DNA of 64,000 nt from Eledone cirrhosa. Lineage: Eukaryota. Of the stretch, positions 14,637 to 30,968 are shown one piece after another (position 1 is the stretch's first letter; each line of letters begins with the position of its first letter). The DNA is taken from NCBI GenBank assembly GCA_964016885.1, contig OZ024740.1, positions 140,740,001 through 140,804,000 of the forward strand. The letters are read 5' to 3'. Both the position numbers and the translations under genes were made by a program. The notes under the pieces are model-generated. The model worked only from the letters and a program-made list of their open reading frames with translations. It searched no databases and was not told the DNA's origin.

Positions 14637-14660
14637 TATATATATGTATATATATATATA

Positions 14661-15212
14661 TATAAACGAACTAAGGGAGAAATTAGGAATAAGAGGGATC
14701 AGATGTTGTTTACTCGAGAGAAGACTACGTTGGTACGGTCACGTGATGCGCATGAAAGACGACAGCTGTATAAAAAAGTGCAGGGCGATAAAAATAGATG
14801 GTAGCCACGGAGTAGGCAGACCCAGAAAAACCTGGGACGACTTGATAAATTCTGACCTTACACTTACATCTCTCCAAGACAATGTCACTGGACCAAGAGC
14901 TTTGGCACTACACAGTTATACAGAAGACCCGCCTTGGAAGGGCATCCAGCCATAGAAAACCCGCCAGACGTGTAGGTGTCACGACAAAAAAACACACAGT
15001 CCACGCTGTAATGTGGCCGTGTAGGTAACACAGTAAAAACCTCCCAGTCCACACTGTAAACGTGGTTGGTATTAGGAAGGGCTTCCAGCCGTAGAAAACC
15101 CGCCAGACAGTCCTATACGAACAGGACAACCAATCTTGCTTCAGGTGGGAAAACTCCCGTCCAAACGCATGCAAGCGTGGAAGATGGACGTTAAACGATG
15201 ATGATGATGATG
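14661..15212 (+). mobile_element. RTE-A 3' fragment, rearranged 3'UTR
   Basis: INELREKLGIRG..GRPRKTW; (GAT)n tail. Confidence 0.88.
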
Positions 15213-15242
15213 ATATATATATATGTATATATATATATATAT

Positions 15243-15585
15243 GGAGGCACATGGCTTAGTGGTTAGAGCATTGGCCTTCCAATCGAAAGGTTGTGAGTTC
15301 AATTCTCAGACCGGGTGATGTGTTGTTTCCTTGAGCAAGACACTTTATTTCACATTGCTCCAGTTTACTCAGCTGTAGAAATGAGATGATAGGGACTGGG
15401 GTCCATATCATTCCACTGCAAAGTGGTCGTGGTGGTGCCACGGCAAAAAAAGCACCTCACACTCACTGTAAATGAGGTTGGTGTTAGGAAGGGCATCCAG
15501 CTGTAGAAATCAAGCCAGAATCAGTTCCCGTCCCACCCTTGCAAGCAGGGAAAAAGTGGATGTAAAATGAAATGAATGAAATGAT
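15243..15585 (+). mobile_element. tRNA-CORE SINE with RTE tail
   Basis: Homologous to 638-1021. Confidence 0.88.
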
Positions 15586-15782
15586 ATATGTATATATATA
15601 TATGTATATATGTATATATATATATATAAATGTTTATATATATATATGTATATATGTATGTATATATGTATATATGTATATATATATATATATGTATATA
15701 TGTATATATATATATATATGTATATATGTATATATATATGTATATATGTATATATATGTATATATGTATATATATATATGTA

Positions 15783-15821
<39 letters not shown>

Positions 15822-15854
15822 ATATATATATGTATATATGTATATATATGTATG

Positions 15855-15926
<72 letters not shown>

Positions 15927-15938
15927 TATATGTATATG

Positions 15939-15989
<51 letters not shown>

Positions 15990-15998
15990 GTATATATG

Positions 15999-16032
<34 letters not shown>

Positions 16033-16043
16033 TATATGTACAG

Positions 16044-16074
<31 letters not shown>

Positions 16075-16175
16075 GTACATATATATATGTATATATGTAT
16101 ATATATATATGTATGTATATATGTATATATATATATACATATATATATATATACATATATACATATATATATATA
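15586..16175. repeat. (TA)n/(TATG) array
   Basis: Direct reading. Confidence 0.97.
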
Positions 16176-16387
16176 AATATATTGGTAAAAGGAAAAGAAA
16201 ATGCTGACAAATTGTTCCCAGTGAAAAATAGTTTAATTAGGAATAAGCAAAAATTAGTAATAAGTATTGGTTAGTATTCAGTTTTGGCTTTAAGTTTTTA
16301 CCGGTTGCGCATTTCTAATGGTTTTCAAAAATAATTTTGAGATAGAGCGCCCGTGATGTTTGCTCTTATATATATATATATATATAT

Positions 16388-18248
16388 TTCTTTAGGTTTG
16401 TTGGTTCACCACTGGATAGAACTGGTCATTCCGTATGGTCAATCCTGGTGTAATATTGTGAAGAGTACTCAACGCAGTGCAGTTCACCCATCTTCGTTTG
16501 TGTAGTTGGTGGTGCGAATACGGAGTTAATTATAAATGAAATAACAGGAGGCTGGACTGGTGTAAATCCTTGAAAGGTTTATTATACTATGATCATTTCA
16601 ATGACCGGGTTCCATATGAATCCGGTGATATCATCAGATATTGGAATATAACAAAGGAATATGTAAAAAGCCATGGGTCCGAAAAATCAGAGGCAGAGGT
16701 GACGGCTGACCGACTAGCTTCTCAGCCAGCCGCCCTCAAAGTGTTGGCAACTGAAAACTACCAATGAATATCTGGTGAGGGGGCGAAGGCTTACAATGCA
16801 CTACCACCCTTCCGTCAAAGAAGAAGGGGAAGAAAGAAAGAAAGAAAGGGAGAAAGAAGTGTAGTGTAAGGGTCAAACTTCATTCATGTTAGAAAATGCA
16901 GTGAAAAAATGCTACCCAAAGAATCTATAATGGGTGTCTGTACGGTCTAATGTGTGAACCAAAGATTGGAACGTTAAACTTATGTTGCAAGTTATAGGAT
17001 GAAATTAAATTAAATTAAAAATATTAAATTGCAAAATGGTAAATTGAAAAATAGAGGTAGCGAGATTTATTTATTTAATGAAATTACGGACAGAGTCTTA
17101 TATGAAAATTTTTTTAGATATTAGGATGGGATATAGAGTAAAGATCTTGATTGGGAGACCCAGCCAGCACACCCACCACCATGAGTCAGCCAGTCTGGAG
17201 TGGTATCGTCCAGCGAAAGAAATGGAAATAAATTTTTCCGAGTACTCTAGGAACGTAGCTAACTTTGGCCCCGAGATCACTAGCGGGAACTCCACAATTT
17301 CGACAGGCCATCGTCTATACCACGAATACTATTAAATCACACATTAGGGGTTTCTTTACGTGTCAGTAGAGGCATGACACAGCTAATAGTCATGCCCAAA
17401 CCGGAGTTTGTACAAGTATAATGTGGCAGCCAAAGCAGGCGGTGCGGTGGGACCGGGGCAAAGCAAGCCGGTCTGAGTAATTTCATTTATCGAAAGAGGA
17501 GAAATTTATTTTTCCGAGCACTCAAGCAAGGCTGAACTTTCCGAGTGCCCAGCGCGCAGCTGGGCAAAGCCACCACACAAGTCGAAGGTAACAACCCAGT
17601 GAAAAGTGCAAATAGACCAAAATTATTTTAAAGTCCCAGTTAGTCAGGGTTATAGGTAATGTGGTTCTTAGGTGGGTAGGGGGCTATGAAAGGTGCATAA
17701 TGATCTGAGTAAGGAAAAGTTACAAAAAAATACGAAAAAATAATAAAGGCAGCATACAAGGATAAAATACCAATATAAAGACAGAATACATTGATAAAAA
17801 TACATTAATAAAATAATAAAAAATAATAAAATATACATCAATGAGATAGAAAAAAAATTAATAAAGGTAAATAAGAATCAATATAGATCAAGTTGTAGTA
17901 AGATAATACAAGTTGTACATATAGATATAGATGATGGAGGAGATGGAATGGTAACAGGTTGTACCTAGTGTAAAGTGCAGTGCGTGTCACAAAAAGTCCT
18001 GAGGTATAGAGTAGAGAATTCAGTCCATACAATACATGTTTTAGTATAATACGTAGAGTTTTGTCGGAATCGGAATCATCCCGACAAGGAAGTAGTATCA
18101 GGTGGCGGTAGATAAGGCGCAGAGCAGCCAAAATCCGAATGGTAAGTAGATCAGTTAATCCCATGCTGGTAATAGCTGTACACTGAAGTCAGTGCCGCTG
18201 TTCAATATTACATTTTGAAGTGCTCAACATTATAGAAGCATTATTTAT
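16388..18248 (-). mobile_element. Unclassified 1.9-kb non-coding hammerhead-bearing insert (PLE 3'UTR or non-autonomous element)
   Basis: (TA)n-bounded; hammerhead ~200 bp from the left end; no convincing ORF. Confidence 0.45.
16584..16641 (-). ncRNA. Type I hammerhead ribozyme
   Basis: ATAT-CTGATGA-..ACCGG..CCGGT..-GAAA-TGATCA-TA-GTAT. Confidence 0.78.
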
Positions 18249-18321
18249 GTATATATATATGTATATATGTATATATATATGTATATATATGTATATATAT
18301 ATATGTATATATATATGTATA

Positions 18322-19748
18322 TCATCATCATCATCATCATCATCATCACCGTTTTACGTCCGTTCTTCCATGCTAGCATGGGTTAGACTGGTTGTCCTGT
18401 TGTGGGCAGTGTCTGGTCGGCTGACCATGCCTTTCTCATACAGGAACTGATCTGGCTTGATTTCTACAGCTGGATGCCCTTCCTAACACCAACCTCATTT
18501 ACAGTGAGTGCTGGGTGTTTTTTCGTGGCGCCTACACGTCCACTTTACAGTGTGGGCTGGGTGCTTTTTTGCCGTGGCACCTCCACGACCACCTTGCGGT
18601 GGGGTGTGTGGGGGCATATTGTCTATATGCTTCAGCTTGTACCCATGGGAGGTCGGGTACTCTGTATTACTGCGTGACGCCAGAAGTCACGGTCGTGTGT
18701 CATTGCCTTTGAGAGGTGTAATTGGGTAAGGTCGGCTTTTATCACCTCATCCCAGGTCATCTTGGGTCTCCCCACTCCGCGGCTTCCATCAACTTCTAGT
18801 GCTCTGCACCTTTTTATGCAGCTGTCATCCTTCATACACATCACATGTCCATACTAGCGCAACCGCCTCTCCTGCACAAAGCATATGATTCCTCTTATGC
18901 TCAGTCTCTCTCAATTCATTTATGCTTTGTCGTTCATGTATATTACTGTTACACATCCATCGGAGCATGCAGGCTTCGTTTCTCTCTAATCTACATAAGT
19001 CTTCCACCTTCAGCACCCAGGTCTCACTACCATGCAACATTGCTGTTCGGATACACGCATCATACAGTCTGTCTTTCATTCTGAGGGAGAAGCCTTTTGC
19101 AGCTAGCAGTGGTAGCAGTTCCCTAAACTTCTTCCATCCCGTTCTTACCCTAGTTATTGTACTTTCTGAACACCCACCTCCGCTGCTAATTCGGTCACCT
19201 AGGTAGCAGAAGCTGTCTACTGTTTCTACAGAGCCCTCCCAGAGATTGGTGGTACTTGTTTCTTGTGGCTGTTTGCTGCTTGCTGTCTCAGCACAGCTGC
19301 TGCATGTGAAGCCTACATTCTTAATTAAGCTTCCTGAGATCCCGCTACATCTCTTGTGTACCCATTGTTTGCATTTGAGGCAGAGAATGGAGTTCCTACC
19401 TACACCTTTCCTACATACTGAGCAAGGCCATTTCCCTGAGGGGATCTGGGTTCTGTTTTCTCGTCTACTTACAAGGACCTTAGTCTTTGTCATGTTGACT
19501 TTGAGACCCTTTCTTTCTAGTCCCTGCTTCCAAGTTTGGAATTTCTTCTCTAGTTCTACCATAGATTCAGCTATGAGTGCGAGGTCATCAGCATACAGGA
19601 GTTCCCATGGGCATCCGGTCTTAAACTCCTCCGTTATTGCCTGCAGGACTATGATGAACAGGAGGGGGCTAAGAACAGAGCCCTGGTGGACCCCAACCTG
19701 TACGCTAAATTCTTCGCTATATTCATTGCTAATCCTAACTTTGCTGAC
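18322..19748 (-). mobile_element. RTE family B, 5'-truncated
   Basis: RT C-terminal half, distinct tail (CTAACCCATGCTAGCATGGAAGAACGGACGTAAAACGG(TGA)n). Confidence 0.93.
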
Positions 19749-19756
19749 TATATATA

Positions 19757-21268
19757 GCCATGTATAAAGAAACAGTCAGCAAGGTTAGAATTAACTGTAT
19801 ATATATAGCCATGTATAAAGAAACAGTCAGCAAGGTTAGAATTAACAACGAATATAGTGAAGAGTTTAGTATAAAAGTTGGTGTTCATCAGGGCTCCGTT
19901 CTTAGCCCCCTACTATTTATTATTGCCCTTCAGGCTATAACAGTGGAGTTAAAGAGCGGCTGCCCATGGGAACTCCTATACGCAGATGATCTAACGCTCA
20001 TAGCTGAATCAATGGCTGAACAAGAGAAGAAATTCCAAACATGGAAGCATGGCCAAGAATCAAAAGGCCTTAAAATTAACCTGTCTAAGACTAAAGTTCT
20101 AGTTTGTAGGAAGGAAAATAGGGCACCGGTCCCATCCGGGAAATGGCCATGCTCAGTGTGTACGAAAGGAGTAGGTAGAAACTCCATTTTATGTCCCAAA
20201 TGCAAAGTATGGGTGCATAAAAGATGTAGTGGGATCACAGGTAAGCTAACTAAGAACATAGATTTTATATGTGGCTGGTGCTCTGGTGCAATATGTAGCA
20301 GCAAGTGCCCAAGAATATTAGCTCATTCCATTGCACAGATGCTTCTATAGAAATAGTGGACACCTTCCGTTACTTGGGCGACAAAATCAGCAGTGGTGGA
20401 GGGTGCTCTGAAAGTACAGTAGCTAAAGTCAGAACTGGATGGAAAAAGTTCAGAGAGCTTATACCACTATTAGCTGCTAAAGGGTTCTCTCTAAAAATGA
20501 AAGGCAGGCTGTATGATGCCTGCATACGAACAGCAATGTTACATGGCAGTGAGACCTGGGCATTGTGTGCAGAGGATATACGCAGACTGGAGAGGAACGA
20601 AGCTTGCATGCTCCGCTGGATGTGTAATAGTAATATACGTGAACGGCAAAGCATAAACGAATTAAGAGAAAAATTAGAAATAAGAAGGATCAGATGTTGT
20701 TTACTCGAGAGAAGACTACGTTGGTATGGTCACGTGATGCGCATGAAAGATGACAGCTGTATAAAAAAGTGCAGGGCAATAAAAATAGATGGTAGCCACG
20801 GAGTAGGCAGACCCAGAAAAACCTGGGACGACTTGATAAATTCCGACCTCAGAGACTTACACCACTCCAAGACAATGTCGCTGGACCGAGACCTTTGGCG
20901 CTACACAGCCATACAGAAGACCCGCCTTGCCTAAGTACAAAGCGAAACCTACAGTCAGTAGGCACTTCTAACAAAAATACACCCCGTCCCACTACCCCCA
21001 CCCCATCCACACCACCCCTTTCAATGTAAAGTTATGTTGGTACCACAACATCCAGGCCGAAACAAATGAGGTCATGTAGGTCATGTATATATATATATCA
21101 TCATCACCACACTGTAAACGTGGTTGGTGTTAGGAAGGGCATCCAGCCGTAGAAAACCCACCAGACAGTCCTATACGAGCAGGACAACCAATCTTGCCTC
21201 AAGTGGGAAAACTCCCGTCCAAACCCATGCAAGCGTGGAAGATGGACGTTAAACGATGATGATGATGA
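19757..21268 (+). mobile_element. RTE-A, 5'-truncated, frameshifted
   Basis: ORFs 19760-20350 and 20305-20934; 3'UTR partly rearranged. Confidence 0.93.
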
Positions 21269-21609
21269 TCATCATCATCATTTCATTTTACGTCCGCTTT
21301 TACCCTGCTTGCAAGGGTGGGACGGCAACCGATTCTGGCTTGATTTCTACAGCTGGATGCCCTTCCTAACACCAATCTCATTTACAGTGAGTGCTGGGTG
21401 CTTTTTTTCTGTGGCACCTCGACGACCACTTTGCAGTGGAATGATATGGACCCCAATCCCTATCATCTCATTTCTACAGCTGAGTAAACTGGAGCAATGT
21501 GAAATAAAGTGTCTTGCTCAAGGAAACAACACATCACCCTGTCTGAGAATTGAACTCACAACCTTTCGGTTGCAAACCCAAAGCTCTAACCACTAAGCCA
21601 TGTGCCTCC
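21268..21609 (-). mobile_element. tRNA-CORE SINE with RTE tail
   Basis: Homologous to 638-1021; tail-to-tail with RTE-A at GATGATCATCATC. Confidence 0.88.
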
Positions 21610-21632
21610 ATCACATATGTATATATATATAT

Positions 21633-24600
21633 ACCATAATACATACTCTAATTTAACACCAACACAACCACCAATAACTCAAACAAGGAATCCACAAATC
21701 TGCCGTTTTTCCCTGCGAGACAGATTGTGTTTAGACCGGGATTGTCCCTTTACCCATCTCCCGGGGACCCGTCGGATAAATGAAAATAAAATTAAAAATA
21801 AAAGCAAAAACAAAAACCATAACCTACATAAAAATAACCACTACCACAGTCACCAACAGTCTTCTAAACAGGATACTTCTTCCTCTTTTTTAGCCATAAT
21901 GAATCTGGCAAAAGAACTGGAAAAAAACATTCGAGCTATCACCCAGCACCACCCTCCACTATCACCCCACTGCACAAACTCCCATTGCTGCCATTAACAA
22001 ACAAACAAATTAACAACACACCAAAACAATTAAAACCATCCACTCTCGCCTCTACATTTTTGCTTAACGCCCAAGGCATCAGCCCTTCCACCAATACTCA
22101 AAAATGGAAGATCAAATTCCTGGAGGACTAGATTGATGTCCATCCAAACCACATCCCTTTCTTCGTCCTCACTGAAACCCATCTCAGTAACCTCCACTTG
22201 GAAGCCGAGGTGAAAGTGAAAAATTTCAAAGCCATCCGTGCTGATCGCGCTGGCAGAAGAAAGGGCGGAACTGCCATTTATGTCCATAATTCTTTCTCAA
22301 CAGAGGCTATGAACATATTCACTAATGGATACTGTGAGGCAGTCACTGTATTCAGTCAAACCAACAACCTATTAGTGGTTGGGCTCTATAGGCCACCCCA
22401 AACGCCTGTACCATGCTTCAAGGAATGCCTCAACAGCATAAAGTGTTTCATCCAAGAGTGTCACCCTGACAACATCTTAATGATGGGGGACTTCAACCTC
22501 CCCGGAGTTGACTGGTCCACAAACACCCTGCCACCAGGTTCTTCTGCCTCAACCTCTGACAGGGAAGCTGTGGAATCGCTTCTTGACTTCATGGATGATT
22601 TCTTCCTATCCCAACTAGTGCTCGAACCAACGAGGTGCCACAAAAACGTCCTAGACTTAATTTTCAGCAATCACACTGACAATATCCACAATATTGCAGT
22701 GGAGAAAACTCTACTCTCTGATCATGACATGGTTCTCTGTGATCTGAGATTCCACCGTCCAATATACAAACCCAATGTCATCTCTCCTGTCCATCCGTTT
22801 GACGCTATGGATTTCCACAATGCAAACTGGGAAGCGATCAGTCATGATCTTGCACATGTCGACTGGTCCTTCACGCACACTCATACACCCACTAACATCA
22901 AAAAGTCCTGGCAGACATTTGTGGACACTGTTACAAACATATGTGCTAAACACACCCCATTAAGAACTATAAACAAATCTAAGAGCAGAATCCCTAGAAA
23001 TAGAAAAACGCTCATCAGAAAAATTAAGAGAACGAACAAAAAAATCAACAAGCTGAAATACTGTCAGCAGCAACACATCAACTTGACTGCCATTTCATCA
23101 CTAGAGATTAAAAAACATAACCTCCAAAACAACATAATGTCCCTCATCAACAATCAGAGAAGAGCTGAAGAGGCCTGGGCCATTGAGAAGATCAAACTCA
23201 ATCCCAAAGTGTTCTTTTCATTTGCAAAAAAACACAAAATCACTGGCTCTACTGTTGGCCCTCTAATTGATGAAAATGGCACTCTTCAAGACAATGCTAA
23301 AACCATGGGTGAGATACTGCAGAAACAATACTGCTCTGTTTTCAGCAATCCTGATATGGCCGATCTGGGCTGTATCGGCGATGTTACTCCCCATTACACC
23401 TTATCGGACATAACGTTTGGCGCCCCTGATGTCTTGGTGGCAATAAAGGAAATCAAGCATAATTCAGCAGTAGGTCCCGATAGGTTCCCTGCTTGTGTCT
23501 TGAAGGCGTGTCAACACCAACTTGCTTCTCCTCTTGCCAATCTGTGGCGGAACTCACTGGATGCTGGATATGTGCCAGAAAACCTTCTATCCCAGTCTGT
23601 TGTCCCAGTTTTCAAAAAGGGAAACAAATCCCTTGCCGTGAATTACCGTCCAATCTCACTCACCTCTCATATCATTAAGGTATTTGAGCGAGTGGTGAGA
23701 TCGCGAATGACCCACTTCCTTGAGAGTAACAATATGCTGAACTCCAACCAGCATGGATTCCGTAATGGAAGGGATTGCCTGACGCAACTACTGCATCACT
23801 TTGATGACATTTTGAGAGCCTTGGGAGAGGGTTCCAACACTGATGTTATCTACCTTGATTTCAGCAAGGCCTTTGACAGGGTTGATCATAACATTCTACT
23901 GAGAAAGCTGTCCAATATTGGTGTCACTGGAAAGCTGCTGCAGTGGATCAAGAGCTTCCTGTCAAACAGAACCCAACATGTTGTAGTTGAGGGAGTCAAA
24001 TCAAGCCCAGCCAAAGTCAGTAGTGGAGTCCCACAAGGCACTGTGTTGGGCCCACTTCTCTTCATCATCTATATTAATGACATCACTGACATCATCAAAC
24101 ACAGCAACATTAAAATTTTCGCTGATGATTCCAAGCTCCAAAAGGTCATCAATGGCGTGGATGACCGGATAAGCCTTCAGTCAGACCTACTGGCTGTTAC
24201 CCAATGGGCAGAAAAGAACAACATGTTACTGAACGAAGACAAATTCGAACTGATCCACTTTGGAAAAGAGGATGCTCTGAAACTCCCGTACTCCCTTCCC
24301 TCCGGAGAAACTCTCGTGGCATCTAACAGCATCAGAGACTTGGGAGTAACCGTGGACAGCAACATAAGCTGGACCACGCATATAAGCAGCAAAGTTGACA
24401 TGGCCCGCAGAATGTGTTCCTGGATCCTCAGAACCTTCCAGTCGAGAGATTCCCGCACCATTATCCTTCTCTTCTCTACTTTCGCCTGACCACACCTTGA
24501 ATACTGTTGTCCACTGTGGTCTCCCCACACGAAACAAAGTATCATGAAACTTGAAGCTCCTCAAAGGGCAATCACGAAAAAGATAGATGGCATGTCAGAC

Positions 24601-25081
24601 CTTGACTACTGGGGTCGATTGGAAAACCTGAAACTTTACTCACTCCAACGTCGCTGTGAGCGTTATATTATCTGCATGATGTGGAAAATGTTCCATCATC
24701 ACTGCCCAAATGATGTTGGCATCGCCTTCAAGATACACCCAAGGCTTGGGCCCCGTGCTATCCGTCCCATTCAAAAATCTAAATCGCAACTCATAACAAC
24801 AATACGGCACAATTATTTCACCTCAATCGGCCCTGCTCTCTTCAACATCACACCAGGACACGTCAAAACAGAAACTGACCACACAAAATTCAAGAAGTCT
24901 TTGGACAAATTCCTCCAAGTAATCCCGGACAAACCACCCACACCCGGATATGTCTCCGCAAACAGTAATTCTCTTCTCGAATGGGCCATGGTGCCCAAAT
25001 CCTGAATTGAAAGACTTCGCCAGGTGGTGCTATTAAGTTAGACATGGCCTCGGCCAATACTGGCCAAAACATTTCAAAGTT
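21633..25081 (+). mobile_element. CR1-group LINE (ORF1 end + ORF2), near complete
   Basis: ORF1 CCCH finger; APE (TETHL, YRPP, GDFNLP, SDH), RT (DFSKAFD, GVPQG, FADD); 3' end runs into (TA)n. Confidence 0.9.
22050..25005 (+). pseudogene. CR1-group ORF2 with two premature stops
   Basis: TAG near 22129; TGA at 24487-24489 is CGA in the paralog at ~30910. Confidence 0.85.
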
Positions 25082-25154
25082 ATATATGTATATATATATA
25101 TATACATATGTATATATGTATATATATATATATATATACATATGTATGTATATA

Positions 25155-25191
<37 letters not shown>

Positions 25192-25278
25192 GTATATATA
25201 TATATGTATATATACATATGTGATGGAGGCATATATATACATACGTATATATATATATCTGTATATATATATATATGT

Positions 25279-29034
<3,756 letters not shown>

Positions 29035-29076
29035 TATATATGTATATATATATATATGTATATACATATATATATG

Positions 29077-29107
<31 letters not shown>

Positions 29108-29136
29108 GTATATATATATATGTATATATATATATG

Positions 29137-29167
<31 letters not shown>

Positions 29168-29240
29168 GTATATATATATATGTATATATATATATATGTA
29201 TATATATATATGTATATATATATATGTATATATATATATG

Positions 29241-29289
<49 letters not shown>

Positions 29290-29290
29290 G

Positions 29291-29322
<32 letters not shown>

Positions 29323-29347
29323 TATATATATTGTATATATATATATG

Positions 29348-29379
<32 letters not shown>

Positions 29380-29555
29380 TATATATATTGTATATATATA
29401 TATATGTATATATATATATGTATATATATATATATTTATATATATTGTATATATATATATATATGTATATACATATATATATATATATATGTATATATAT
29501 ATGTATATATATATATGTATATATATATATTTATATATATATGTATATATATATA

Positions 29556-29598
<43 letters not shown>

Positions 29599-29599
29599 G

Positions 29600-29656
<57 letters not shown>

Positions 29657-29657
29657 G

Positions 29658-29701
<44 letters not shown>
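29035..29701. repeat. (TA)n/(TATG) array
   Basis: Direct reading. Confidence 0.97.
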
Positions 29702-29706
<5 letters not shown>

Positions 29707-29823
29707 TAATAAGAGGAATTCCAACTTTGTCTGATTTACTCGTTTTATTTACAATCCTTTAAAATATATATAATGGTATTATAATGAAATAGTATGATAG
29801 AATATTAAATTCTAAGTGTTAAT

Positions 29824-29862
29824 TGAACAAGTACTTTCATGCTTTCGCAATCTTCAGGTTCA
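29824..29862 (-). ncRNA. Minimal type I hammerhead
   Basis: Mirror of 29936-29974. Confidence 0.8.
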
Positions 29863-29935
29863 TGATATGTGGTGACAGTCGAGTTTGCAATTTTCAACTG
29901 TTGAAAATTGCAAACTCGACTGTCACCACATATCA

Positions 29936-29974
29936 TGAACCTGAAGATTGCGAAAGCATGAAAGTACTTGTTCA
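29936..29974 (+). ncRNA. Minimal type I hammerhead
   Basis: TGAAC-CTGAAGA-TTGCGAAAGCAT-GAAA-GTAC-TT-GTTCA. Confidence 0.8.
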
Positions 29975-30170
29975 ATTAACACTTAGAATTTAATATTCTA
30001 TCATACTATTTCATTATAATACCATTATATATATTTTAAAGGATTGTAAATAAAACGAGTAAATCAGACAAAGTTGGAATTCCTCTTATTAATATAATCT
30101 TCTATACACAATCATACACACCCGTGTATATTTACCTATCTATATCTATATATGTATATATATATATATT

Positions 30171-30205
<35 letters not shown>

Positions 30206-30206
<1 letters not shown>

Positions 30207-30962
30207 TCATCATCATCATCATCATCAACGTTTAACGTCCGTGTTCCACGCTTGCATGGGTTTGGACGGGTGTAGTCCCACTTGAGGCAAGAGTGATTGT
30301 CTTGCTCGCATAGGACTGTCTGGCAGGTTTTCTACAGTTGGATGCACTTCCTAACACCAACCACATTTACAGTGTGGGTCTGGGAGGTTTTTACCGTGTT
30401 GCCTACACGGCCACATTACAGCGTGGACTGTGTGTTTTTTGTCGTGACACCTACACGACCTCATTTGTTTCGGCCTGGATGTTGTGGTACCAACATAACT
30501 TTACATAGAACGGGGTGGTCAGTTTCTGTTTTGACGTGTTCTGGTGTGATGTTGAAGAGAGCAGGGCCGATTGAGGTGAAATAATTGTGCCGTATTGTTG
30601 TTATGAGTTGCGATTTAGATTTTTGAATGGGACGGATAGCACGGGGCCCAAGCCTTGGGTGTATCTTGAAGGCGATGCCAACATCATTTGGGCAGTGATG
30701 ATGGAACATTTTCCACATCATGCAGATAATATAACGCTCACGGCGACGTTGGAGTGAGTAAAGTTTCAGGTTTTCTAATCGACCCCAGTAGTCAAGGTCT
30801 GACATGCCATCTATCTTTTTCGTGATTGCCCTTTGAGGAGCTTCAAGTTTCATGATACTTTGTTTCGTGTGGGGAGACCACAGTGGACAACAGTATTCAA
30901 GGTGTGGTCGGGCAAAAGTAGAGAAGAGAAGGATAATGGTGCGGGAATCTCTCGACTGGAAG
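30206..30962 (-). mobile_element. Chimera: CR1-group ORF2 fragment fused to RTE-A 3'UTR
   Basis: RTE tail 30206-30519, CR1 30515-30962, same orientation, GTGGT overlap. Confidence 0.85.
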
Positions 30963-30968
30963 TATATA

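Larger units (their letters stand above)
29702..30096. repeat. 395-bp palindrome (197-bp arms, 1-nt centre at 29899) of a PLE terminus
   Basis: ..TTTTCAAC-T-GTTGAAAA..; arms read as reverse complements. Confidence 0.92.

Noticed and set aside
15243-15315. tRNA gene
   Set aside because: tRNA-like SINE head with no proper acceptor stem, continuing into CORE; five copies
16300-16340. Minus-strand TTGAAAA..GAAA-TGCGCA hammerhead-like motif
   Set aside because: No stem II, no UH site, no stem I
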